From Longimicrobiales bacterium (lineage in GTDB: Bacteria; Gemmatimonadota; Gemmatimonadetes; Longimicrobiales; Gaopeijiaceae): a stretch of DNA of 64,000 nt. The notes beneath the pieces are model-generated. The model was not told the DNA's origin. It was given only the letters and a program-made list of their open reading frames with translations, and did not search any database. The stretch lies in contig OZ241892.1 of the NCBI GenBank assembly GCA_965203485.1, positions 1,472,001 through 1,536,000 on the forward strand. Direction: 5' to 3'. Position numbers and translations under genes: made by a program. Shown here one piece after another: positions 52,615-63,205 of this stretch; positions within the stretch are counted from its first letter, which is position 1; each line of letters starts with the position of its first letter.

Positions 52615-53336
52615 CGCGGTCGCCCGCTGCCTGCGGCCTTCGCTCGGGCGCCGTCCAGCGCGTCGCGCATCCATGCGGCCGTTCGCCCAGCGAGCGCCGC
52701 GAGCACGTCGGCACGTCGGCGGCCCGAGCGCTTCGGCACGTCGAACGAATGGCCTGCGTCGTCCACCACGTGCAGGGCGGCTCTCGGGGCCATCCGGGCG
52801 AGAACCGGCTTCAGCAGGCCGATTTCCGCCAACCGGTCGCGCGTGCCCTGATGGAAGAGCATCGGGAGGCGCACGTCGGCCAGATGATCGGCCCTCGCCG
52901 TGCCCGGCCGGCCCGGAGGATGCAACGGAAAGCCGAAGAAGACCAAGCCGGCCGGCGCGAACGGCGGCGAACCGTTCGATGCGCCGGACCGCGCCGCCGC
53001 GAGCAAGGAAGTCATGCGCCCGCCCATCGACTTTCCGCCCGCGAACATGGGCGCGTCCCCCGCCAACCGGCCGCCGACCGCCAGGGCGCAGTCCACGACG
53101 GCGAGCAACTTGGCTCGCGGGTCCGGGCGTCTCCGCCCGGCTTCGGCGTACGCGAAGTTGTAGCGAAGCACGGAGACGCCCTCCGCCACGAGCGCGGCGG
53201 CCAGCCCCGCCATGAACGGATGCGTCATCGGGGCTCCGGCGCCGTGACCCAGAACCAACAGCGGCGACGCACCCGGCGCGCGGTCGAGCAGGCCCGACAC
53301 CGAGGGATGCCCGTCGCCTTCGATCGTCAACCGCAA
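52611..53336 (-). CDS. Alpha/beta hydrolase family protein
   Basis: HGAGAPM, nucleophile elbow GGKSMGG, GFPLHPPG, QGTRD, AGHSF. Confidence 0.9.
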   Translation of the reverse strand: MRLTIEGDGHPSVSGLLDRAPGASPLLVLGHGAGAPMTHPFMAGLAAALVAEGVSVLRYNFAYAEAGRRRPDPRAKLLAVVDCALAVGGRLAGDAPMFAGGKSMGGRMTSLLAAARSGASNGSPPFAPAGLVFFGFPLHPPGRPGTARADHLADVRLPMLFHQGTRDRLAEIGLLKPVLARMAPRAALHVVDDAGHSFDVPKRSGRRRADVLAALAGRTAAWMRDALDGARAKAAGSGRPR

Positions 53337-53445
53337 GCCGGTCGCTCTCGTCCGAATCGCGTCGGCGGCAACGGACGCGGCAAGCCGGCAACCGGGCAGA
53401 ACGCCCGCTGGACGGCGCCGAAGCCGCTCCCCTGCCGCGAAGCTC

Positions 53446-55323
53446 CTACCACGCGATGCCGTGGTCCTCGCCGTGGTTGCTCGACCCGCCCCACATGGTT
53501 CCCGCCGCCCAGTCGAAGTATATGGCGTTGATCGGGCCGGACGTGCGCTCCGAGAAGACGAGGTCGTAGCCCATGTCGCGCAACTCGGACCGCACCCAGG
53601 CGGGAACCGCCTCGTTGAGCAGCAACCGGCCGGGGCGCGCCTCGTGGGACCCGAAGGAACTCCGCATCTGGTAGCTGTTGAAGTTGGCCGCCTCCGCCGC
53701 GTCCTGCACGCTCATCCCGAACTCGACCACGTTGAGGAAGAACTGGAGCAGGTTCTGGTCCTGCGCGTCGCCGCCCTGCACCGCGAACGAAAGGAACGGG
53801 CGCCCGTCCTTGAGCGCCAGCGACGGCGTGAGCGTCGCCCGCGGACGCTTCCCCGGTTCGAGCACGTTGTAGGGACCGGCGCGCTCGTCGAGCACGAAGC
53901 TCTGCATGCGCTGGCTCATGCCGATGCCGGTGCGGCCGGCGACGACTGCCGGTATCCAAGCGCCCGAGGGCGTCGCGGAGACGACCCAGCCGTCGGCGTC
54001 GGCCGCCTGGATCGACGTGGTGCCTGCGTGGAAATCCCGTTCGAAGGCGGCGTCGGAAGCGGGCGCGGAGGACTCGGGCGTGGCCGTCGGCGCGGAGCCC
54101 CAGGTCTCCAGCAGGTGAAGGAACGGGTTGGGGCCTCCTTCCTGGAACGGGTACGGGTCGCCCGGGGACGCCAGCGAATCGTTGGCCTCCCAGTCGATCT
54201 CGGCCGCCCGCGCCTTGGCGTAGTCCTTGGAAAGCAAGCCTGCGATCGGTTCTTCCGGGGGGAAGTACGGGTCGCCGTAGTAGAAGTCGCGGTCGGCGAA
54301 CGCCAGGTTCATGGCCTGATAGAGGGCGTGGACATAGCGCGCCGAGTTGTATCCCATCGCGCCCACGTCCAGGCTCTCGACGATGTTGAGGGCTTGCAAG
54401 AGGACCGGGCCCTGCACCCACGTCGTGAGCTTGTAGACGTCGATGCCCTTGTAGGACGTGGAGACGGGCTCCTCGACGTGCACCTGCCAATTGGCCAGGT
54501 CCTTGAGCGTGTGCAGGCCGCCCTGCTCCTGCGATCCCCTCACGAACTCCTCGGCGACGTCGCCCGCGTAGAAGCGTTCGTACGCGGCGTAGATCGCGTC
54601 CTCGCGCGACGCCCCGGCCGCCAGCGCCTCGGCCTCCGCCTCCACCAGCTTCTCAAGGGTCCGCGCCAAGTCCGCCTGCACGAAGAGCTCGCCTGCCGAC
54701 GGCCCCTGCCGTTCGCTCCCGGCGTTGGGCAGGAACACTTCCTTCGAATACGGCCAGCCGGTCAAGCGCTCGGCTTCGCGTTCGATCGCCGCCGCCGCCT
54801 GCGCCTCGATCGGATAGCCGCGTGCCATGTCGATCGACGGCCCCAGCACGTCGGCAAGCGCAAGGCGGCCGTATTCCGCGACCATCACCATCAGGCCGCC
54901 GGGAGTGCCCGGGGTGACCGCCGCGAGGGGTCCGTGCGCAGGCGGAACGTCCATGCCGCGCTCCCGGAAGAAGGCGGGCGTGGCGCCGGCGGGTGCGACG
55001 CCCAGCGCGTTGATCCCCACGACCTTCCCCGTCTCCGGGTTGAACACGAGCGCCTGGGTCTCGCCGCCCCATCCGAGCACGTCCCACATCGTTGCGGTGG
55101 CCCCGAGCATGGCGGCGGCCGCGTCCACCGCGTTGCCTCCCTTGAGAAACATCATCGCCCCGGCCGTCGCGCCCAGCGGCTTGCCCGTGATGGCGATCCA
55201 GTCCTTGGCGTGCAACGCCGGCTTCTGGGTCCGCTGTGCGTTCGCGTGGCCGGACGACAAAGCGACTGCGGCCGCAACGGCCGAGAGGAAGGCGATGGTT
55301 CGGGACGGGCGACGAGTCGTCAC
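53446..55323 (-). CDS. Gamma-glutamyltransferase-family Ntn hydrolase, secreted, atypical clade
   Basis: AGGAG before GTG 55323; signal ending ANA-Q; GGNAVDAAAA, TPGTPGG, AFADRDFYYGDP, nucleophile region GTTSIQAAD. Confidence 0.9.
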   Translation of the reverse strand: MTTRRPSRTIAFLSAVAAAVALSSGHANAQRTQKPALHAKDWIAITGKPLGATAGAMMFLKGGNAVDAAAAMLGATATMWDVLGWGGETQALVFNPETGKVVGINALGVAPAGATPAFFRERGMDVPPAHGPLAAVTPGTPGGLMVMVAEYGRLALADVLGPSIDMARGYPIEAQAAAAIEREAERLTGWPYSKEVFLPNAGSERQGPSAGELFVQADLARTLEKLVEAEAEALAAGASREDAIYAAYERFYAGDVAEEFVRGSQEQGGLHTLKDLANWQVHVEEPVSTSYKGIDVYKLTTWVQGPVLLQALNIVESLDVGAMGYNSARYVHALYQAMNLAFADRDFYYGDPYFPPEEPIAGLLSKDYAKARAAEIDWEANDSLASPGDPYPFQEGGPNPFLHLLETWGSAPTATPESSAPASDAAFERDFHAGTTSIQAADADGWVVSATPSGAWIPAVVAGRTGIGMSQRMQSFVLDERAGPYNVLEPGKRPRATLTPSLALKDGRPFLSFAVQGGDAQDQNLLQFFLNVVEFGMSVQDAAEAANFNSYQMRSSFGSHEARPGRLLLNEAVPAWVRSELRDMGYDLVFSERTSGPINAIYFDWAAGTMWGGSSNHGEDHGIAW

Positions 55324-55426
55324 GGGGGAACTCCTGGGGCGTCGGCGGCTGGGCTCGCAAGTTAGGTTACTCGCCCCGCGCGGCGGGGGCCCGCGCGCAG
55401 GGCGGACACTCGGGCTAAGGGCGAGC

Positions 55427-57841
55427 ATGGACTTCATCAGAGCCAAGATTTCGCGCGATGTCGAGACCGGCAAGTACGGAGGCCAAGTCACGACGCGCTT
55501 TCCGCCCGAGCCGAACGGCTTTCCGCACATCGGCCACGCCAAGTCCATCTGCCTGAACTTCGGGATCGCGGCGGAGCACTCCGGCGGCCGGTGTCACCTG
55601 CGGATGGACGACACCAACCCGGACACCGAGAAGGCCGAGTACGCCGAGGCCATGAAGCGGGACATTCGTTGGCTCGGCTTCGACTGGGGAGAACGCCTTC
55701 ACCACGCGTCGGACTACTTCGAGGACCTGTACGCCTTCGCGCTCGTGCTGGTGGACAAGGGTCTGGCCTACGTGGACGACTCCGGCGAAACCGCGATTCG
55801 GGAGCGGCGCGGCACTGTGACGCGTCCGGGCGCAGACAGCCCGTGGCGCGAGCGGTCGGCCGCCGAGAATCGCGATCTCTTCGAACGCATGAGGACCGGC
55901 GAGTTCCCGGACGGGAGCCGGGTGCTGCGGGCCAAGATCGACATGGCCCATCCCAACATGGTCATGCGCGACCCGGTGCTCTACAGGATTCGCCACGCCC
56001 GCCACTACCGGCGCGGCGACGACTGGCCGATCTACCCGATGTACGACTTCGCGCATTGCTTGTCCGACTCCCTGGAGGGCGTCACGCATTCGCTGTGCAC
56101 CCTGGAGTTCGAGAACAACCGGGAGATCTACGACTGGCTTCTCGAGCACGTGGACGCGCCCCGCCCCCGGCCCGAACAGACGGAGTTCGCGCCGCTGGCG
56201 CTCGAGTACGTCGTGACGAGCAAGCGGCGGCTCCGTCCGCTCGTCGAGAGCGGCGTGGTCGGCGGCTGGGACGACCCACGGATGTTCACGCTGGCCGGCC
56301 TGCGGCGGCGGGGCGTGACGCCGGAAGCGATTCGCAAGCTCTGCGCCATGGTGGGGGTCTCCAGGGCTCGGTCGGTCGTGGACCTGGGGAAGTTCGAGTT
56401 TGCCGTGCGCGACGACCTCGACCGTCGCGCGCCGCGGGCCTTCTGCGTGCTGGAGCCCTTGAGGGTCGTGCTCGTCAACTATCCGGAAGAACGCGAGGAG
56501 CTGTTCCCCGCCCCGCTCTTCCCGGGCGCTCCGGACCCTGGTCCGCCCGACGCCCGCATGCTGCCCCTGAGCCGGGTCCTCTACATCGACCGCGAAGACT
56601 TCCACGAGACCCCGCCGCCGGGATTTCGGAGGCTCACGCCGGGCGGCCGCGTCCGGCTCAAGTACGCGGGCGTGATCCGGTGCCAGGAAGTCGCGAGGGA
56701 TCCCCGGACGGGGGGCGTCGCCGAGCTGCGCTGTCTGTGGGAGCCGGCCGGAGGCGGGGACGCCGCGAGAACCGGCCCTCCGCCCCGTGCCGCCGTGCAC
56801 TGGCTCTCGGCCCGCCATGCCGTCGGGGCGGAGGTGCGCCTCTACGACCGCTTGTTCCTCGTGCGCGACCCGTCCGCCGAGGAGGACTTGGAAGCCGTCG
56901 TGAATCCTTGCTCGGAGCGGATCGTCGCGGGCGCGTTGGTCGAACCCGGCTTGGCCGGCGCCCGTCCCCGCTCGCGCCATCAGTTCGAGCGCCACGGCTA
57001 TTTCGTGGTGGACAGCGCGGACTCGAGCGAAGAGAAACTGGTCTTCAACCGGACGGTGACGCTGAGGGACTCGTGGAAGGCCCGGACAGCCGCCGCGGAC
57101 AGGCGGAGCGCTAGCCGCGGGCGGACCGGCGACGACGAGCAGTCGAAGGAGGGCGGCGGGACGGCGCGGGACGGCGCCTTGATGTCGCAGAGCGGGCTGG
57201 GGCCGCGGGCCCGCGCGCCGGCGGAAAAGACGGCGGGGGCCGGCCGCGGCGCCGCGGCCGGCGAAGCATTGAGGGACGAAGGCGCGCGACGACGCTTTCG
57301 AGAGCTGCTGGCCCTAGGAGCCAACGAAGCCACTGCCGTGGTCGTCGCGAGTTCGCCGGTGCTGGAGAACGTCCTTCGGGCGGCACTGGCCTTCTACCCG
57401 GAGGGCGGCAAGTCTCTTGCCGCGTGGACGGCCAATGAAGTGGCGCGGTCGCTCTCGCGGGCCGACGCGCAACGAGCGGCCGGCCTGAACCCCGCCGCGC
57501 TTGCGGCGCTCGCGCGAGCAGTGGACGCCGGCGACCTCTCTCATCGCCGGGGCCGCGCGGTCCTGGAGGCGCTCGTCCGGACCGGGACGTCGTTCGAGGA
57601 GGCGCGCCAAAGCCTCCAGTTGACCGAGACCGACGATCCCGAAGCGATCGAGCCGGTCGCGCGCGCGCTCGTGGCGGAGCACCCCGCCAAGGCCGCCGCC
57701 TACAAGAAGGGGCGGCGGGGACTGCTGGGCTTCTTCGTCGGCCAAGCGCTGCGGCGAACCGGCGGCCGTGCAGATCCGCGGGCCGTCAGTTCCCTGCTCC
57801 GCAACATTCTCGAGGAAGACGCCGGGTCCGAAGAGCCCTGA
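55427..57841 (+). CDS. glnS: Glutamine--tRNA ligase with C-terminal YqeY/GatB-like domain
   Basis: TRFPPEPNGFPHIGHAK, THSLCTLEF, TSKR, GWDDPRM, FQ-like HQFERHGYF, FNRTVTLRDSW; C-terminal YKKGRRGLLGFFVGQALRRTGGRADP. Confidence 0.95.
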   Translation: MDFIRAKISRDVETGKYGGQVTTRFPPEPNGFPHIGHAKSICLNFGIAAEHSGGRCHLRMDDTNPDTEKAEYAEAMKRDIRWLGFDWGERLHHASDYFEDLYAFALVLVDKGLAYVDDSGETAIRERRGTVTRPGADSPWRERSAAENRDLFERMRTGEFPDGSRVLRAKIDMAHPNMVMRDPVLYRIRHARHYRRGDDWPIYPMYDFAHCLSDSLEGVTHSLCTLEFENNREIYDWLLEHVDAPRPRPEQTEFAPLALEYVVTSKRRLRPLVESGVVGGWDDPRMFTLAGLRRRGVTPEAIRKLCAMVGVSRARSVVDLGKFEFAVRDDLDRRAPRAFCVLEPLRVVLVNYPEEREELFPAPLFPGAPDPGPPDARMLPLSRVLYIDREDFHETPPPGFRRLTPGGRVRLKYAGVIRCQEVARDPRTGGVAELRCLWEPAGGGDAARTGPPPRAAVHWLSARHAVGAEVRLYDRLFLVRDPSAEEDLEAVVNPCSERIVAGALVEPGLAGARPRSRHQFERHGYFVVDSADSSEEKLVFNRTVTLRDSWKARTAAADRRSASRGRTGDDEQSKEGGGTARDGALMSQSGLGPRARAPAEKTAGAGRGAAAGEALRDEGARRRFRELLALGANEATAVVVASSPVLENVLRAALAFYPEGGKSLAAWTANEVARSLSRADAQRAAGLNPAALAALARAVDAGDLSHRRGRAVLEALVRTGTSFEEARQSLQLTETDDPEAIEPVARALVAEHPAKAAAYKKGRRGLLGFFVGQALRRTGGRADPRAVSSLLRNILEEDAGSEEP

Positions 57842-57904
57842 GCCGGGCGGGGTCTGCAACGGGCCGGGCGAAGCTGGTTCCGAGCCAACGCCTCGACCGG
57901 GTCG

Positions 57905-59698
57905 CTAGCCGCCTCCCGCAACCCTGTCGAATCCTGCCGCAACCCCGTCGGAGTCTCGCGGGTCGGGAACGCCCACGAGCTGGCCGGTATCGGCGTCCAC
58001 GAAGATGCAGTGGGCAATTCCCTGCCCAGCCCGCCAGGAGACTTCGTGGCCCATGGCCGCCAATGCGGCGGCGGCCTCGTCCGTCATGAGCCCCTCCTCG
58101 AGGACCGCCGCGTCGGGCAACCACTGGTGGTGCATCCGCCGGGACGAGACGGCCTCGGCGGGCGCCTGCTGGAAGTCCACCGTGTTCAGCACGAGCTGCA
58201 GGACGGTGTTGATGATGGTGCGTCCGCCGGGCGAGCCCAGCACTGCGACGAGCCGCCCGTCGCGCGCGAGGATCGTGGGCGTCATCGACGAAAGCATGCG
58301 TTGCTCGGGGCGGGCCAGATTGGCGTCGGTCCCGATCAGTCCGCGCTCGGTCGTGAGTCCGGGACGGGCGTTGAAGTCGCCCATTTCGTTGTTGAGCAGG
58401 AAACCCGCGCCCGGCACGGTGATGAACGAGCCGTAGCTGCCCTCCAGCGTGTAGGTGACCGCCACCGCCATGCCGTCGGCGTCGACGACCGAGTAGTGCG
58501 TCGTCTCGGAGGTCTCGCGCGCCATCGCGGCGGCGGCCGCGTCGACGTCCTCCGTCCTGGACGGCGTGGCGGCGGCCGCGTCGATTCCGGCCCGCAACTC
58601 CTCGGCGTACGCCTTGCTCGTCAGCCGCGCCACCGGAATGTCCGCGAAGTCCGGGTCGGCCAGAAACGCGGCGCGGTCCCTGAACGCGCGGCGCATGACC
58701 TCGGCCAGGTGGTGCGCGTAGGCCGGCGTGTTGTGTCCCAGCGCGGCCAGGTCGTACCCCTCGAGAATGTTCAGCATCTCGACGATCGCCGTGCCGCCGG
58801 ACGACGGCGGCGGCATGCTGACGACGTCGTACCCGCGGTAGCTTCCTCGCACGGGCTCGCGCTGCTTGGCCTCGTACCGGGCCAAGTCTTCCTGGGTAAT
58901 CCATCCGCCGCCGCTGACCATCTCGGCTTCCAGCAGCTGGGCCGTGACGCCGGCGTAGAAGCCGCCGCGTCCATGGTCGCGGATGCGCTCCAGCGTGCTC
59001 GCCAAGTCGGCTTGGACGAGCGTGTCGCCGGGCTGGTATGGCTCGCCTCCTCGCGAGAACTGCGCCAGGGTGGCCGGATAGTCCTCAAACGCGGGCAGCA
59101 TGCGCTCGAGCGAGGCCGCCAGGCGCGGGCTGATCTCGAAGCCGTTCCTCGCGAGCCGAACCGCAGGCTCCACCAAATCGAGCCACTCCGCCGAGCCGTG
59201 CCGTTCGTGCGCCAAGACGAAGCCCGCGACGGTGCCGGGGACGCCCACCGCCAGATGGCTGCGGTGATGCAGTGCGCTGGAGTACTGGCCGTCCTCGCCG
59301 ACGAACATCTCCGGGTGGGCCCTCAGCGGAGCCTTCTCGCGAAAGTCGAACGCGGTGGCCTCGCCGTCGGGAAAGCGGACGACCATGAAGCCGCCCCCGC
59401 CGATGTTGCCCGCGGCCGGATGGGTCACAGCGAGCGCGAAGCCCACCGCCACGGCCGCGTCCACCGCGTTTCCGCCCTTGCGGAGCACGTCGGCGCCGAT
59501 CTCGCTCGCATCGGGAAACGCGCTCGCCACCATGCCGCCGCTGGCGGTCACGACGCCCCGCGACGCCTGGATCTCCGGGAGGCCGGCGTCCTGCGCTTCG
59601 CGCGCGCAGGACGGGACGAGAACGGCTCCGGCGGCAAACGCGCCGAGGAGTCGCAACGGCGCGCGGCCCCGCGGGCACGCAGATCGGACGACGGTCAT
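57905..59698 (-). CDS. ggt: Gamma-glutamyltransferase (canonical), probable lipoprotein
   Basis: GGAGG before ATG 59698; GNIGGGGF, DFREKAP, ETTHYSVVD, LNNEMGDF, LSSMTP, GSPGG, HHQWLPD. Confidence 0.93.
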   Translation of the reverse strand: MTVVRSACPRGRAPLRLLGAFAAGAVLVPSCAREAQDAGLPEIQASRGVVTASGGMVASAFPDASEIGADVLRKGGNAVDAAVAVGFALAVTHPAAGNIGGGGFMVVRFPDGEATAFDFREKAPLRAHPEMFVGEDGQYSSALHHRSHLAVGVPGTVAGFVLAHERHGSAEWLDLVEPAVRLARNGFEISPRLAASLERMLPAFEDYPATLAQFSRGGEPYQPGDTLVQADLASTLERIRDHGRGGFYAGVTAQLLEAEMVSGGGWITQEDLARYEAKQREPVRGSYRGYDVVSMPPPSSGGTAIVEMLNILEGYDLAALGHNTPAYAHHLAEVMRRAFRDRAAFLADPDFADIPVARLTSKAYAEELRAGIDAAAATPSRTEDVDAAAAAMARETSETTHYSVVDADGMAVAVTYTLEGSYGSFITVPGAGFLLNNEMGDFNARPGLTTERGLIGTDANLARPEQRMLSSMTPTILARDGRLVAVLGSPGGRTIINTVLQLVLNTVDFQQAPAEAVSSRRMHHQWLPDAAVLEEGLMTDEAAAALAAMGHEVSWRAGQGIAHCIFVDADTGQLVGVPDPRDSDGVAAGFDRVAGGG

Positions 59699-59715
59699 TG
59701 GCTTGTGCCTCCCCC

Positions 59716-62700
59716 CTAGGAAGGTTCGGTGTGGACTTCGGCTCCTCCGCGCAACGACGCCGGAGCCCCCAAGGTCGCAGGACCGGGCACCGGCGCCCCA
59801 GGGACCGCCGGCTCGGGCTGCGCGGCCGCCAAGCGCGCGCGGCTCCGCCTGAAGAGATTCACGAGGTCGTGCACCAGGCTGTACATGACCGGCACCAAGA
59901 CGAGCGTGAGAAACGTAGCGAAGATTATTCCGACGATCACGGCCACCGCCATCGGCGCCCACCATGCGGCTTGCTCGCCGCCCCAATAGATCTCCGGCGA
60001 CAGGCTGGAGAAGAAGCCGAAGAAGTTGACGTTCAAGCCGATCGCCAGCGGAACGAGGCCGAGGGCGGTCGTCAAGGCCGTCAGCAGCACGGGACGGAGC
60101 CGCGTCTTGCCGCCCCGCATGAGCGCGTCGGTCACGTTCAGGCCGTCGCGGCGGCGCAAGACGTCGATGTAGTCGATCAGCACGATGGCGTTGTTGACGA
60201 CGATCCCGGCCAGCGAGATGATGCCCACGCCGGTCATGATGATGACGAAGGGCATGCTGAACAGCATCAGCCCGATGAGGACGCCGATCGTCGACAGGAT
60301 CACCGACGACAGAATGATGACCGGCTTCACGACGGAGTTGAACTGCGACACCAGGATGAGGGCGATCAACATGAGCGCCGCCATGAAGGCCGTCAGCAGG
60401 AAGTCCTGAGCCTCCTGCTGCTCTTCCTGCTCGCCGGTAAAACGCAAGCTGTAACCCACCGGAAGAGATCCCGAAAAGTCCGACAGGGCCTCCTCCACCG
60501 AAGCGCGCACGATGTTGCTGTTGTGCCCCGACGCGACCTCGGCGCTGATGGTCGCCACGCGATCCATGTCCTTGCGCCGAATTGATCCGTACCCCTCGCC
60601 CACGGCCCAGCGCGCCACCGACGTGAGAGGAATCTGCTCGCCCTCCGAGAACACCGCCAAGCCGGCCAACGCAGTCAACTCTCTCCGGTCTTCCTCGCGC
60701 AACCGCACGACGATGTCGTACTCGTCGTTGCCGGTCCGGTACTTCGCGGCTTCGATCCCGTTGACGGCCGCCCGCACCGCGAAGCCCACTTCGTTCGTCG
60801 AAACGCCGTGCAGGCTGGCCGCCTCGCGGTCCACTTCGACCTGCAACTCCGGGCGGGCGTCGTTCATGTCGCTCTCGAGTCCGACCAGGCGCGGATAGGC
60901 GGGCGAGCGCTCGACGATCCCGATCGCCTCGTCGGCCAAGCCCTTCAGAAGCTCCGGATCCTCGCCCACGATCTCGATGTTGACCGGAGGTCCGCTCGCC
61001 GGCCCCTCCTCGACCTTGTCGACGCGCACCTCGGCCCCCGCCAGGTCCCTGCCGATCCGCGACTGCATCTCGGCGAGCGTGGCGAACGCGTCGAAGCTGC
61101 GCGCTCGGTAGTCGACCATGCTCAGGGTGATCCGCCCGGCCTCCGGCCCGGCGGGCCCGGCGCCCGACATCGGGTTGAAGCCGCCGCCGGAGCCCACCGT
61201 CGCGACAATCGACTCGGCGTCCGCCACGCCGGCCACGCCGGCCAGCTCTCCCTGAAGGCGCGTTGCGTATTCGTTGGTCACGGCGGCCGTAGTGCCCACC
61301 GGGGCCTCGATGTCCACGATCAAGGCGCTCGGGGGCACGTCTTCGGGAAAGTACTCGACGGGCGGGGCGACCGCCCCGTAGACGGTGATCGTCACCACCA
61401 GCGTGGCGGCAGAGCCCGCAAGCACCACGAAGCGGTGCCCAAGCGACCATCGCAGGAGCCGCTCGTACCATCCGACGAAGCGAGGGAATCCGCGCGTCAT
61501 GAAGATCTTGCTGGCGTTCTCCAAGACGCGGGCATGGACGAGCCACAGCGCCGCGCCCGCGCCGAGCAGCAACGCCGCAGTCAGCGGATTGACGATCGCG
61601 ATCAAGAGCAGCACGGCGCCTGCCGCCGCCACCGTGAGCCACCTCGCCCCCCCCCGCGCGGGCCGGGGACGCCCTCCCTCCGCGCGGAGGAAGATCGAGC
61701 ACAGCGTGGGCACGATGACGAGCGCCACGAAGAGCGAGCTGGACAAGGTGACGATCAGCGTCAGCGGCAGGAACTTCATGAACTCGCCCGCCATGCCCGG
61801 CCAGAACATCAGGGGAGCGAACGCGGCGAGCGTCGTGGCCGTCGCCGCCACGACGGGCCCGGCGACTTCGCCGGTGGCCTTCTTGGATGCGGCCTTGCGG
61901 TCCCAGCCTTCCTCCACGAACCGGTAGATGTTCTCGACGATGACGATCGCGTTGTCCACAAGCATTCCGAGCGCCAGGATCAGCGAGAACAGCACGACCA
62001 TGTTCATCGACACGCCGAGCAACCGCAGCGCCACGAACGACACGAACATCGAGGTCGGAATGGAGATCGCTACGAAGATCGACGTGCGGAGCCCGAGCAC
62101 GAAGAACAGCACGGCGACGATCAGAAGAAGGCCCGAGACGATGTTGTTCTGCAGGCTCGACACCATCTCGCCGATGTCCTGGGACATGTCCGACGTGATC
62201 TGGACCGACGTCGATGCAGGCATGAGCGGGCGCATGTCCTCGATGGCGGCCCTCACCGCAGTCGCCGTCTCGATGATGTTCTCGCCCGACCGCTTGATCA
62301 CATCCAGCGTCACGACCGGTTCGTCGCCCAAGCGGGCGTAGCTGTCGCGCTCGGCGAACCCGAACCGCACGTCCGCCACGTCCCGGACGTACACGGGACG
62401 GCCGCCCGGCGAGGCGACCACCAAGTCGCGGATCACCAACGGCTCCTCGAACTCGCCGTCCACCCGCACCAGGTACTTGACGCCTCCGACGTCGATTGGC
62501 CCGCCGGGCACGTTCACGTTCTCCGCGCGGATAGCGTCCAGCACGTCGTTGAACGACAGGTTGTAGTGCTTCAGCTTCGCTAGGTCCACGTCGACCTGCA
62601 CCTCGCGCTCGAGCCCGCCTCGCAACTCGGCCCTGAGCACAGCCGGAATCGACTCGATGCGCTCCTGCAGGTCCTCGCCGATCTCCTTCAGCCTGACCAG

Positions 62701-63201
62701 CCCGAAGCCGCCCGCCACGTTGACCTGCATGATCGGCGCTTCGTCGAAGGAGATCTCGAACACCGAGGGCTCCTCGGCGTCGGGCGGGAGTTCCGGGCGC
62801 GCCAGGTCCACCTTCTCGCGCACCTCCTGCAACGCCTCCTCCATGCTGATCGTCGCCTCGAACTCCGCGATCACCGAGGAATAGCCTTCGACCGACGTCG
62901 AGGTCAGCTCCTTGACGTCCGCGATGCCGTTCAGCTCTTCCTCGATCTTGCGGGTGACGAGGCTCTCCACGTCTCCGGGCGCAACGCCGGGATACATGGT
63001 GTTGACGACGATCATGGGAATCTCGATCTCCGGGAACGACTCCTTCGGAATCGCCCGGTACGACAGCAGGCCCGCGATCGTCAGGAACACGAAGAGGACG
63101 ATCACCGACGTGGAGTGGTCGACCGCCAGCGAGGTGAGCCGGAATTCCTTGTAGGACCGCTTCTCGCCGCCTTGCGACGGATCGCCCGGCACGCCGCTCA
63201 C
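59716..63201 (-). CDS. RND efflux transporter permease (AcrB family)
   Basis: YPGVAPGDVE, GMLVDNAIVIVEN, GIVVNNAIVLID, RLRPVLLTALTT; 1161 aa. Confidence 0.95.
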   Translation of the reverse strand: MSGVPGDPSQGGEKRSYKEFRLTSLAVDHSTSVIVLFVFLTIAGLLSYRAIPKESFPEIEIPMIVVNTMYPGVAPGDVESLVTRKIEEELNGIADVKELTSTSVEGYSSVIAEFEATISMEEALQEVREKVDLARPELPPDAEEPSVFEISFDEAPIMQVNVAGGFGLVRLKEIGEDLQERIESIPAVLRAELRGGLEREVQVDVDLAKLKHYNLSFNDVLDAIRAENVNVPGGPIDVGGVKYLVRVDGEFEEPLVIRDLVVASPGGRPVYVRDVADVRFGFAERDSYARLGDEPVVTLDVIKRSGENIIETATAVRAAIEDMRPLMPASTSVQITSDMSQDIGEMVSSLQNNIVSGLLLIVAVLFFVLGLRTSIFVAISIPTSMFVSFVALRLLGVSMNMVVLFSLILALGMLVDNAIVIVENIYRFVEEGWDRKAASKKATGEVAGPVVAATATTLAAFAPLMFWPGMAGEFMKFLPLTLIVTLSSSLFVALVIVPTLCSIFLRAEGGRPRPARGGARWLTVAAAGAVLLLIAIVNPLTAALLLGAGAALWLVHARVLENASKIFMTRGFPRFVGWYERLLRWSLGHRFVVLAGSAATLVVTITVYGAVAPPVEYFPEDVPPSALIVDIEAPVGTTAAVTNEYATRLQGELAGVAGVADAESIVATVGSGGGFNPMSGAGPAGPEAGRITLSMVDYRARSFDAFATLAEMQSRIGRDLAGAEVRVDKVEEGPASGPPVNIEIVGEDPELLKGLADEAIGIVERSPAYPRLVGLESDMNDARPELQVEVDREAASLHGVSTNEVGFAVRAAVNGIEAAKYRTGNDEYDIVVRLREEDRRELTALAGLAVFSEGEQIPLTSVARWAVGEGYGSIRRKDMDRVATISAEVASGHNSNIVRASVEEALSDFSGSLPVGYSLRFTGEQEEQQEAQDFLLTAFMAALMLIALILVSQFNSVVKPVIILSSVILSTIGVLIGLMLFSMPFVIIMTGVGIISLAGIVVNNAIVLIDYIDVLRRRDGLNVTDALMRGGKTRLRPVLLTALTTALGLVPLAIGLNVNFFGFFSSLSPEIYWGGEQAAWWAPMAVAVIVGIIFATFLTLVLVPVMYSLVHDLVNLFRRSRARLAAAQPEPAVPGAPVPGPATLGAPASLRGGAEVHTEPS

Positions 63202-63205
63202 CGCC

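Noticed and set aside
50551..61702. Long N-terminal extensions in the ORF track (M3 peptidase 946 aa, GlnRS 1004 aa, GGTs 700 and 1265 aa)
   Set aside because: The extensions overlap neighbouring genes and are low complexity; better starts exist at 52614, 55427, 55323 and 59698.
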